From: an uncultured Syntrophaceae bacterium
GTDB lineage: Bacteria; Desulfobacterota; BSN033; UBA1163
Length of the DNA stretch: 64,000 nucleotides
Assembly (NCBI GenBank): GCA_964390545.1
Contig: CAYMJV010000004.1
Coordinates: 8,476-72,475 of the forward strand
Direction of reading: 5' to 3'
The notes under the pieces: generated by a model
Told to the model about the DNA's origin: nothing
Seen by the model: only the letters and a program-made list of their open reading frames with translations
Databases searched by the model: none
Program-made: the position numbers and the translations under genes
Shown here: in pieces, positions 56,561-64,000 of the stretch
Layout: each line of letters begins with the position of its first letter
Numbering within the stretch: position 1 is the first letter of the stretch

Positions 56561-58087
56561 CTACATCCCTACCAACTTCTGTTTCTTGAATTCGATTTTA
56601 TTAAGGGCATTGATATAAGCCTTGGCGCTGGCGACGATCACATCCGTATCTGCGCCCTGACCAATGACGGTATTCCCTTTCTCTTCCAGTCTGACCGTCA
56701 CCTCCCCTTGCGCCTCTGTCCCAGAGGTGATGGCATTGATGGCAAATTGCAGAAGTTTCGATTTGGTGCGGGTGATCTTCTTAATGGTCTTGAACGTGGC
56801 ATCCACAGGTCCATCACCAAACCCTGCCTCTTGAAGAAGTTTCCCATCCACCTCCATCTGGACCGTGGCAGTAGGGACAGTGACATTACCAGCCACCACA
56901 TTAATGTAGACCAGCTTGAAACGGCGTGGCATTCTGAGAATCTCTTCCACAACGATCGACTCAATATCTTCATCAAAAATATCACGCTTTTTGTCGGCCA
57001 ATTGCTTGAACCGGTTGAAGGCCCTTTCCAGATCCGAATCCGAGAGCCGATATCCAAGGTCCTTCAGCCTCTCCCTGAAGGCGTGCCTCCCGGAAAGCTT
57101 GCCCAGGACGATGGAGCTTTTGGTAATGCCCACCGACTCGGGTGTCATGATCTCGTAGGTTAATTTCTCCTTAAGGACTCCATCCTGGTGAATGCCAGAT
57201 TGGTGAGCAAAGGCATTCGCTCCCACAATGGCCTTATTGGGCTGGACGACCATGCCCGTGATCTTCGAAACGAGGCGACTTGTGGTAAAGAGGTGTCTCG
57301 GGTTGAGACGCGTTTGGAACCGGAGGAGATCGTTTCGGGTACGAAGGGCCATCACCACCTCTTCAAGAGACGTATTGCCAGCCCTTTCTCCAATTCCATT
57401 AATCGTACATTCCACCTGTCTGGCGCCGTTCTGGATGGCAGCGACCGAATTAGCCACAGCCAGACCGAGATCATTATGACAGTGAACGCTCAGGGTGATT
57501 TTCTCGACCCCTCGGACCTTCTGCCGGATGGTACGAATGAGTTCTCCAAACTCCGAGGGGATGGCGTAGCCCACCGTATCCGGAATGTTGATCGTAGTCG
57601 CTCCTGCCCGGATTGCTGCTTCAAAGATAGCGATGAGGAATTCCACATCACTTCGAGTTGCATCCATGGCCGAGAATTCGACATCGGGGGTATGACGTCT
57701 GGCCCTTGCGACAGATTGAGCGGCAATCCGGATGACCTCCTCCTTCGATTTCTTTAACTGATGTTTGAGATGAATATTGGAGGTGGAGATGAAGGTATGG
57801 AGGCAGGGGAATTTCGCTCCCTTGACCGCTTCCCAGGCCCGATCAATATCCTTCGGATTCGCCCTGGCCAGAGCGGCGACCCCTGAACGTTTAATCGTCC
57901 GGGCAATGGCCCTGACTGCCTCAAAGTCTCCCTCTGAAGAGATGGGGAAACCTGCCTCAATCATATCCACATTCAGTTTTTCCAGCTGCTCAGCGATCCT
58001 CACCTTTTCAGCCACATTCATCGTGGCCCCCGGCGATTGTTCTCCATCGCGCAGTGTGGTATCAAAAATCTTAATAACCTCAGCCAT
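56561..58087 (-). CDS. leuA: 2-isopropylmalate synthase
   Basis: FDTTLRDGEQSPG and HCHNDLGLAVAN motifs plus a C-terminal LeuA dimerisation region. Confidence 0.9.
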   Translation of the reverse strand: MAEVIKIFDTTLRDGEQSPGATMNVAEKVRIAEQLEKLNVDMIEAGFPISSEGDFEAVRAIARTIKRSGVAALARANPKDIDRAWEAVKGAKFPCLHTFISTSNIHLKHQLKKSKEEVIRIAAQSVARARRHTPDVEFSAMDATRSDVEFLIAIFEAAIRAGATTINIPDTVGYAIPSEFGELIRTIRQKVRGVEKITLSVHCHNDLGLAVANSVAAIQNGARQVECTINGIGERAGNTSLEEVVMALRTRNDLLRFQTRLNPRHLFTTSRLVSKITGMVVQPNKAIVGANAFAHQSGIHQDGVLKEKLTYEIMTPESVGITKSSIVLGKLSGRHAFRERLKDLGYRLSDSDLERAFNRFKQLADKKRDIFDEDIESIVVEEILRMPRRFKLVYINVVAGNVTVPTATVQMEVDGKLLQEAGFGDGPVDATFKTIKKITRTKSKLLQFAINAITSGTEAQGEVTVRLEEKGNTVIGQGADTDVIVASAKAYINALNKIEFKKQKLVGM

Positions 58088-58128
58088 CTTATTGCCTCTC
58101 TTCAGCGTATTTGTGTTTTATGAATGAG

Positions 58129-58206
58129 ATGCTGAAATCGTAGACCCTGATCCTGAAACAAGTTCAGGATGACATTACTTGTTTCAGGGCAAGGTTCAGC
58201 ATGACT
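58129..58206. repeat. TCAGGATGAC-type palindromic element with alternative pairings
   Basis: ATGCTGAA...CCTGAAACAAGTTCAGGATGAC...CTTGTTTCAGGG...TTCAGCAT. Confidence 0.7.
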
Positions 58207-58275
58207 TTCGAATTTTCGTTTTTTGGAGATCTTTATTAATCCATAATTCATAACTCATCATTTTTAACTTTTAAT

Positions 58276-59349
58276 TTAAAAAATTTCCATTACCTTTTTA
58301 TAAAATTCCTCTTCCTCCCAGATTTTCATTTCGATGCGTAGGGCAACAAGGGGTGGGTGAACAACCCTCATCATTCCTAATTTTACAATATCCTTCTCTG
58401 TGGTCACAATCCAATCCGCCTCTTTGCTTTCTTTTTCGATGGCGACCAGATCTTTGGAAGTGAAGCGATGGTGATCCGGGAAAATCATTTCGTTGACAAT
58501 CTCCATTCCACATTTTCTTAGGAGGAGAGAGAAGTACGTGGGATTGGCGATTCCAGATACGGCCAGAGCCTTTTTCCCTTTGAGGGCTTGAAGCCCTACC
58601 CATTCTCCATCAGGTCCGATCAGACCCTGAGGTTCGTAATGGCTGTGAAAGACAGGAGAGGAGGGATGGATTTCCTGAAGCATTTTCTCAAGGGGACGGC
58701 AGCTTGCAGGATCCTCCACTTTTGTGAGAAGGAAGAGATGGGCCCGGTGAAGATGTTCTAAGGGTTCTCTCAGGATGCCTCTCGGTAAGACATGGTGATC
58801 TCCAAAACCGATCTCGGAATCGATGAGGAGGATATTCAAATCTCGATGGAGTTGAAGATGCTGATAGCCATCATCCAGGAGCACCCCTCGAATATCGAAC
58901 CGTTGAAGAGCCAACTGCCCGTTAGCGAATCGATCCTTTCCGATAAGTATCGGAATCCCCTTTAGAGCCTTGGCCATCTGAAAAGGCTCATCGCCTGACT
59001 CCTCTGGTGAGAGAAGAACGGTCTTCCCATCACTCACCCATGGTTTGGAGGATCCTCGTCCTTTATAGCCTCTACTCAAGATGGCCGTGGGAATGCCTCG
59101 GCCCATCAATCCTTTGGCCAGAGTGATGACCAGAGGCGTCTTTCCGGTTCCCCCCACCGTGATATTCCCAACGCTGATGACCGGGCAGGGGAGGCGCTTT
59201 GATTTCCAGAGGTTGATAGAGTAAAGAATAGTTCTTATCCGCACTCCCCATCCGTAAGGGAGGGAGAGAAGGGTGAGAGGAAAAAGAAGCACCTTTACCC
59301 AGAAGGGCTTCTCTTTTTGATAGAGGAATTTGTCGATGCGCCAAGCCAT
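58276..59349 (-). CDS. lpxK: tetraacyldisaccharide 4'-kinase
   Basis: VISVGNITVGGTGKTP P-loop and full-length LpxK-like sequence. Confidence 0.85.
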   Translation of the reverse strand: MAWRIDKFLYQKEKPFWVKVLLFPLTLLSLPYGWGVRIRTILYSINLWKSKRLPCPVISVGNITVGGTGKTPLVITLAKGLMGRGIPTAILSRGYKGRGSSKPWVSDGKTVLLSPEESGDEPFQMAKALKGIPILIGKDRFANGQLALQRFDIRGVLLDDGYQHLQLHRDLNILLIDSEIGFGDHHVLPRGILREPLEHLHRAHLFLLTKVEDPASCRPLEKMLQEIHPSSPVFHSHYEPQGLIGPDGEWVGLQALKGKKALAVSGIANPTYFSLLLRKCGMEIVNEMIFPDHHRFTSKDLVAIEKESKEADWIVTTEKDIVKLGMMRVVHPPLVALRIEMKIWEEEEFYKKVMEIF

Positions 59350-59384
59350 CTCTTATTTCAGATTTGGTAATTGTCCAGCCAAAT

Positions 59385-59580
59385 AGAGGTTCCCACGCAG
59401 TCGGAGCTCGGCAGACTGCTCTCCAAGGCTTCGAATGGCGGTCCTTGGATTGAGTGGAAAACGGACGATTTCATCTGAGCAAGCCTCCTAAATCAGGTTT
59501 AAAGGCCTGTGCCAGTTGGTCAGAAGGTGCGCCCCGAAGCCTTTCCGAACGGTCCGTCGAGCTCCGCAATACGACTTTAT
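59385..59580. other. GC-rich ~190-nt long imperfect hairpin (candidate structured RNA or a distinct repeat family)
   Basis: 9-bp helices CGGAGCTCG (59402-59410) / CGAGCTCCG (59558-59566) and AAGGCTTCG (59425-59433) / CGAAGCCTT (59535-59543), with partial pairing between them. No ORF is present. Confidence 0.3.
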
Positions 59581-59599
59581 CATTAATCTGGTTAAACAG

Positions 59600-59678
59600 T
59601 TACCAGATTTGAGATTTCAGAATGAATTCGGGTTGATTGGAAGTTTTCAATCTGAAATCTACAATCTGCAATTTGCAA
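59600..59678. repeat. short CAAAT-type hairpin element
   Basis: AGATTTCAGA (59612-59621) pairs with TCTGAAATCT (59651-59660) and is followed by ACAATCTGCAATTTGCAAT. Confidence 0.6.
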
Positions 59679-60968
59679 TTACACGAGGTAGGGTCGAATC
59701 TGCTCAAACATCCGTTCTGTGGCGCCCTGATGCTTCCGGAGAAATTGGTAGCCCCTCTCTCCCATTTCTTTTCGCGCCCTTTCGTTCTTGAGGAGACGTC
59801 TCATGTGGCTGGCAAGATCCTCTATCCCATTGGCTTGAATCGCTCCTCCCTCCTCGACCAACCGGCGAGAGATCTCTGAGAAATGAAACATAAAAGGACC
59901 GAAGAGAACGCACTTTCTAAAGAAGAGAGGTTCAAGGGGATTGTGGCCCCCCACGGGCACAAGACTTCCGCCGATGAAGACCAGTGTCGCGATACTATAG
60001 AAACTCATGAGCTCACCCATGGTATCGAGAAGAATCACCTCGGGCCGTCTTTCTTGATCTGGGCGGTCTTGATCCATGGGTAACACGGTCCTTCGAATCC
60101 ATGAGGGGGACTCTTTTCTTAGCATCCGCTCCACTTCCTCCAACCGGTTGAGGTGGCGCGGGGCGAGAATGAAAATGAGATCGGGAGCGATCTCCCTCAA
60201 TTCCTTGCTGAGGCTGGTCAAGAGCTCCTCCTCCCCAGAGTGAGTGGACCCTGCAATGAAGACGGGTTCCCTTCCATGAAGACCCAGAGATTGGGCCAAT
60301 GTGGCCCTGGCCTCCTGAGTGACGGAAGGCAAGGCCTGATCGAATTTCAAGTTTCCTACCACTCTCGTTTTTTCGGACGGGGCACCGATCTGAATGATTC
60401 GGTCTTGATCTTCATTCGTCTGCATGAGGAAAAGGGAGACATATTTTAGACATTCTTTGAATAGGAATCTGAAGAAGAGGTACCCGCGAAAGGATTTTTC
60501 GGAGATCCTTCCGTTGAAGAGGATGATGGGAATTCGCTTTCTTCCGCAGGCTCGGAGGAGGTTCGGCCAGAGTTCTGTCTCTGCAATGAGGAGAAGCGTG
60601 GGCTGGATCTTCTTGAGGACCCTTCGAAGGATGAAAGGGTGATCGATGGGAAAAAAGAGGATATGGTCCGCCTCAGGCAATTGTGTCTTGGCCGCCTCAT
60701 TTCCGGTAGAGGTCATGGTGGTCAAAACGATTTTGCGGTTGGGAAATTCTTTCTTTATTCTCCTCAGGAGGGGAATGGAACAGAAGACTTCCCCAACGGA
60801 TGCAGCGTGGATCCAGATGGAACCTCCAAGGGATCGGGTTCCCAGAAAACCCATCCGCTGGATCAGTGCCTTACGGAGTCGTTTCTGAAAGAGGCTTCTG
60901 ATAAAGAAGTAAGGAGAGGAGAGGACAAGCAGGACGGTGAGAAGAGTATTGTAGAGGAGATAGATCAT
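59679..60968 (-). CDS. waaA: 3-deoxy-D-manno-octulosonic acid (Kdo) transferase
   Basis: 429-aa ORF with IWIHAASVGE and a C-terminal GGSL..GGHNPLEP motif. Confidence 0.85.
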   Translation of the reverse strand: MIYLLYNTLLTVLLVLSSPYFFIRSLFQKRLRKALIQRMGFLGTRSLGGSIWIHAASVGEVFCSIPLLRRIKKEFPNRKIVLTTMTSTGNEAAKTQLPEADHILFFPIDHPFILRRVLKKIQPTLLLIAETELWPNLLRACGRKRIPIILFNGRISEKSFRGYLFFRFLFKECLKYVSLFLMQTNEDQDRIIQIGAPSEKTRVVGNLKFDQALPSVTQEARATLAQSLGLHGREPVFIAGSTHSGEEELLTSLSKELREIAPDLIFILAPRHLNRLEEVERMLRKESPSWIRRTVLPMDQDRPDQERRPEVILLDTMGELMSFYSIATLVFIGGSLVPVGGHNPLEPLFFRKCVLFGPFMFHFSEISRRLVEEGGAIQANGIEDLASHMRRLLKNERARKEMGERGYQFLRKHQGATERMFEQIRPYLV

Positions 60969-60974
60969 TATATT

Positions 60975-61112
60975 AAATCCGAAATTCGAATATCGAAACT
61001 CGAAACAAATCCAAAATTCAAATGTTCAAATTCAAAAACGTTTACGTTTTGGTCATTTGTATTTCGAACATTCGTGCTTGTTTCGGATTTCGTGCTTCGA
61101 AATTCGATATTA
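60975..61112. repeat. periodic-arm palindromic element (CGAAAT variant)
   Basis: AAATCCGAAATTCGAATATCGAAACTCGAAACAAATCC... / ...ATTTCGAACATTCGTGCTTGTTTCGGATTTCGTGCTTCGAAATTCGATAT. Confidence 0.75.
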
Positions 61113-61127
61113 TAAATTCTGGAAATC

Positions 61128-61838
61128 TTACGACTTAAACTCAGAATTTCTGCTCAGGCCCATTCCAGGGGCGTGAGAATCAAAATAATGGTCTGCCTGC
61201 TCTGTTATTTCATTAAGGCGGTTTTCCAAGAGGAGCCTTTTCTCTTCCAGATGATTACGATCCCCCTTGGGGTCCACATGAATCGGTTCGCCCCAAATGA
61301 AGACCCCTTTTGAAAAAGGATAGGGGAGAACGAAACGATCCCAACTATTAAAAACAATCTTCTTAGAGGCGCTGAAGGTTACCGGCACAATGGGTCTTCC
61401 CGTAATTCTGGACAATTCGATGACACCAATCTGGGCTTTCTGACGTGGCCCTTTCGGACCATCTGGTGCAATCACCATATCCGATCCATTCTGAAGAGCC
61501 TTGATCATATTCTTGAAGGCGGAGAACCCTTTGCGTGTGGTTGAACCCACGATCGGATGGTGGCCAAGCAATTTCCCTGCCTTGCCCATGATCTGGCCAT
61601 CCCGATGGGAGGAGATGAGGAAACTCATATTCTTCCCTCGATAAGCCCAGTGCATCATGAGAAGCCTTGCATGCCAGAAGGCCATGATAAATGGGATTCC
61701 TCTTTCCCACAGAGATCCTGGGATATCCGGAGAGATTACTTCGATACGCACGGCTCGTCCCAGGACCCTGATCGTCCCATACGCGAACCAGGGAGCCAAC
61801 CAAGCCACCAATTTCTTTTTTAGAGGTTTTAGAGACAT
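61128..61838 (-). CDS. DUF374 (lysophospholipid acyltransferase-like) protein
   Basis: FWHARLLMM, SSHRDGQIM, GSTTRKG and PDGPKGP motifs. It sits between msbA and waaA. Confidence 0.7.
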   Translation of the reverse strand: MSLKPLKKKLVAWLAPWFAYGTIRVLGRAVRIEVISPDIPGSLWERGIPFIMAFWHARLLMMHWAYRGKNMSFLISSHRDGQIMGKAGKLLGHHPIVGSTTRKGFSAFKNMIKALQNGSDMVIAPDGPKGPRQKAQIGVIELSRITGRPIVPVTFSASKKIVFNSWDRFVLPYPFSKGVFIWGEPIHVDPKGDRNHLEEKRLLLENRLNEITEQADHYFDSHAPGMGLSRNSEFKS

Positions 61839-61849
61839 TTCTTAAGAAT

Positions 61850-61938
61850 GGGGTTCAAGGGTTCGAGGATTCAAGGGTTCAAGAATTCAATTTCTTAGAC
61901 TTTCACTAGACCCCTTGACCCCTAGGACCCTTGAAACC
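61850..61938. repeat. periodic-arm palindrome (GGGTTCAAG variant)
   Basis: GGGGTTCAAGGGTTCGAGGATTCAAGGGTTCAAGAATTC ... CTAGACCCCTTGACCCCTAGGACCCTTGAAACC. Confidence 0.75.
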
Positions 61939-61945
61939 TTTGGTG

Positions 61946-63781
61946 TTAATAGATTTTCTTGACCTTCGTTTCTTTCCAGAGTCTCAACCCGTCATCCTTG
62001 AATTGAAGATCGTAAAGCCGTCGATATTCTCCATTGAGAGCGATTAATTCTGTATGGTTTCCTTGCTCCACGACCTGACCATCGGAGAGGACAATGATCC
62101 GATGGGCATTCCGGATGGTCGAGAGACGATGGGCAATGACGAAAACTGTTCTTCCTTTCATCAATTGATCCAGGGCCTTTTGAACCTCTGTTTCTGAATC
62201 GGAATCAAGGGATGAGGTGGCTTCGTCCAAAATTAAGATGGGGGCATTTTTCAAAAGGGCTCGAGCAATGGAGAGGCGCTGACGTTCTCCACCGGAAAGC
62301 TTCACCCCTTGCTCACCGATGGGCGTATTGTATCCTTCGGGAAGCTTTATGATGAAGTCATGGGCATGGGCAGCTTTAGCAGCCTCGATGATTTCCTGAT
62401 CCGAGCAACCATGGATATTTCCATAGGCGATGTTATTTCGAATCGTATCATTAAAGAGGATCGTCTGTTGTGTCACCAGAGCGATCTGATCTCTCAGGGA
62501 TTTGAACGTGACCTTTCGAATGTCGTGACCATCGATGAGAATCTGGCCTTTCTCGACATCATAGAATCGGGGCAGGAGATTGACCAGGGAGGTCTTGCCG
62601 GCTCCACTCATTCCCACCAGGGCGATCACTTCTCCCACGGTGACATGGAGAGAGATGTCTTTAAGAACGGTTTCCTCGCCATACTTAAATGTAATGTCTT
62701 GAAAATCGACCCCCTTTGAGACGGGGGCGAGAGGAATCGCTCCCTCTTCCTCTTTGATCTCCGGAGTTGTGTCGAGGAGCTCGAAGACCCTTATGGCTGC
62801 GGCCATACCATCCTGGACTTCGAGGTTCACCTTGTTTATATCACGGATGGGAGCGTAGAGCATGAAAAGGGCGGTCATAAATGAGAAAAAGGCTCCCGGT
62901 GTCAACTCTCCTTGGATGACCCTGTAGCCACCCACCCAGATGATGATGGCCACGGCAATCCCTCCCAAGAGTTCCATCAGGGGATGGGAGAAGGCGCGGA
63001 TCTTTACCCGTTTGAACACAATCTTAAAGAAACGGTTGTTTTCTTCTGCAAAGCGGCGTTTTTCATAGTCTTCCATGTTGAAGGCTTTGACGATCCGGTT
63101 TCCAGCAATGGTCTCATGGAGAAAGGTGGTGATGGAGCCCATTCGCTGCTGACTCTTCCGGCTGAATTTCCGGAGCCTCTTTCCAAATTCCTTGATGGGG
63201 ATGATGACCAATGAGAAGATGACGAGAGCCATGAGCGCAAGTTTCCAATCACGGTAAATGACAACGCCAATCAATCCGATGACAGTAAAAGCATCCTTTA
63301 CAAGCCCGGTGATGGTATTGGAGACCGATCCCTGAATCAGATTGACATCATTGGTGATTCGTGAGATGAGGATGCCCGTCGGAGTTTTCGTGAAGAAGGA
63401 CAGGGAGAGGGTCTGGAGATGGTTGTAAAGTTTCTCCCGGATATCGGCAACGATCCTGAGCCCCACATAGTTCATTAAATACGCCTGACCGTATTCAAAA
63501 ATCCCTTTGAAAAGAAAGAGGAGGATGATGGCAATGGGGAGCAAGAGGAACATCTCCATATCCTTCTTGAGAAGGAGACTGCTCAGATGAAGCTGAATAA
63601 TGATCGTCTTGATCCATTGGGGAATCTGCTCTTTCTTGAGGAAGACGCCGTCGAGGGCAGGTTTAACAAGAAAGGCCTGTCCAGCTGTCAGGACGGAGAC
63701 GAAGACCATACAGATCATGGCCCCCACAAGCTTGAGCCAGTAGGGCTTTACCATAGCGAGGAGCCTGCGATAGAGGTTCAT
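61946..63781 (-). CDS. msbA: lipid A export ABC transporter (MsbA-like, fused TMD-NBD)
   Basis: Six-TM domain plus GMSGAGKTS, LSGGERQR and ILDEATS motifs. The ATG at 63781 has a GAGAGG SD, whereas the tracked ORF starts at TTG 63796. Confidence 0.85.
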   Translation of the reverse strand: MNLYRRLLAMVKPYWLKLVGAMICMVFVSVLTAGQAFLVKPALDGVFLKKEQIPQWIKTIIIQLHLSSLLLKKDMEMFLLLPIAIILLFLFKGIFEYGQAYLMNYVGLRIVADIREKLYNHLQTLSLSFFTKTPTGILISRITNDVNLIQGSVSNTITGLVKDAFTVIGLIGVVIYRDWKLALMALVIFSLVIIPIKEFGKRLRKFSRKSQQRMGSITTFLHETIAGNRIVKAFNMEDYEKRRFAEENNRFFKIVFKRVKIRAFSHPLMELLGGIAVAIIIWVGGYRVIQGELTPGAFFSFMTALFMLYAPIRDINKVNLEVQDGMAAAIRVFELLDTTPEIKEEEGAIPLAPVSKGVDFQDITFKYGEETVLKDISLHVTVGEVIALVGMSGAGKTSLVNLLPRFYDVEKGQILIDGHDIRKVTFKSLRDQIALVTQQTILFNDTIRNNIAYGNIHGCSDQEIIEAAKAAHAHDFIIKLPEGYNTPIGEQGVKLSGGERQRLSIARALLKNAPILILDEATSSLDSDSETEVQKALDQLMKGRTVFVIAHRLSTIRNAHRIIVLSDGQVVEQGNHTELIALNGEYRRLYDLQFKDDGLRLWKETKVKKIY

Positions 63782-63792
63782 TCGGTGACCTC

Positions 63793-64000
63793 TCAACTAA
63801 TCCCCCCTCGCCCCCTTTTAGAAAAGGGTGGGTGGGGGGATTCGACATCTTGAAGCATGGACATAACGATGTGAGCTGCTCGTTGAGCGGCTCCAGGGTT
63901 GCCTAGCCGCTGGCGTACTTCCTTTAGAGATTCTACCATTTTTTGCTGAAGGACTGAATCCTTTAAGATGCGAAGGGCTTCCTCGGCAATCCTTTTGGGA
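63793..64000 (-). CDS. lpxB: lipid-A-disaccharide synthase, C-terminal fragment (gene continues beyond the window)
   Basis: The frame reads ...EALRILKDSVLQQKMVESLKEVRQRLGNPGAAQRAAHIVMSMLQDVESPHPPFSKRGRGGIS*. The G.PGAA.RAA..I pattern is typical of LpxB C-termini. This frame is not in the ORF track because no start lies in the window. Confidence 0.6.
   Translation of the reverse strand, partial: PKRIAEEALRILKDSVLQQKMVESLKEVRQRLGNPGAAQRAAHIVMSMLQDVESPHPPFSKRGRGGIS
63799..63842. repeat. AATCCCCCC...CCCTTTT-AG-AAAAGGG...GGGGGGATT hairpin element
   Basis: Outer 9-bp stem (63799-63807 / 63834-63842) and inner 7-bp stem. It lies inside the last codons of lpxB. Confidence 0.8.

Noticed and set aside
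59385-59580. Resemblance of parts of the GC-rich hairpin to TPP (CCUUUAAACCUGAU), guanidine-I (GGUCCG..GAG) or 6S RNA segments
   Set aside because: Only isolated words match. The order and the remaining conserved cores (CUGAGA, GCCAGCG; GGGUUCCG...ACGGCGGGA) are absent. A plus-strand riboswitch would also have no downstream gene. It is left as unclassified.
42433-61938. Possibility that the periodic short repeats are CRISPR arrays or tandem VNTRs
   Set aside because: The period is only 6-9 nt, with no constant 25-40 nt repeat alternating with unique spacers. Each block is paired with its own reverse complement, and no cas genes are present.

Overview
Chromosomal window from a diderm (lipid-A-making) bacterium. 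It carries mostly envelope, transport and housekeeping genes. I found no rRNA, CRISPR array, transposase or integrase ORF. Left half (1-36 kb, mixed strands): a UTRA-domain protein with bactofilin, several hydrolases, and a compact 5-gene peptide/nickel-type ABC importer (4.0-9.6 kb). It also holds an OmpA-like protein, a PLD/cardiolipin-synthase-like protein, an RHH / CE4 deacetylase / TIM-barrel glycosidase-like operon, and M42, M28 and M23 peptidases. Further genes are an orphan Cas4/RecB-like nuclease, a beta-lactamase-fold::DUF1343 fusion, a lytic transglycosylase, and MFS/HAD/MBL genes. tRNA-Ala(CGC) has its 3' half duplicated 2.3 kb away, and the two copies bracket a CoA-transferase islet. 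Right half (36-64 kb) is 24 consecutive minus-strand protein genes: galU / receiver / triple-GAF kinase / galT / dksA-like, a second 5-gene peptide ABC importer, rlpA, radical SAM, rnc, mtaB, UPF0280, asd-leuD-leuC-leuA, and lpxK-waaA-DUF374-msbA-lpxB (lpxB is cut by the window end). The main non-genic signals are as follows. (1) Nearly every intergenic gap of the right-hand array holds a 40-270 nt imperfect palindrome, most with arms built from short periodic oligomers. Several families exist, some are nested in each other, and some are read through into the C-terminal tails and stop codons of real genes. (2) There are four sigma-54 -24/-12 promoter matches. Three have TGACAA/TTGTCA palindromes 84-120 bp upstream. 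They drive the RHH-deacetylase-glycosidase operon, two orphan small ORFs and a degenerate histidine-kinase-like gene. (3) The tRNA-Ala att-like duplication encloses a candidate promoter-to-terminator sRNA. (4) A GC-rich ~190-nt long hairpin lies between waaA and lpxK. No known defence system or mobile-element gene set was recognised. All functional calls rest on motif and family recognition by eye.
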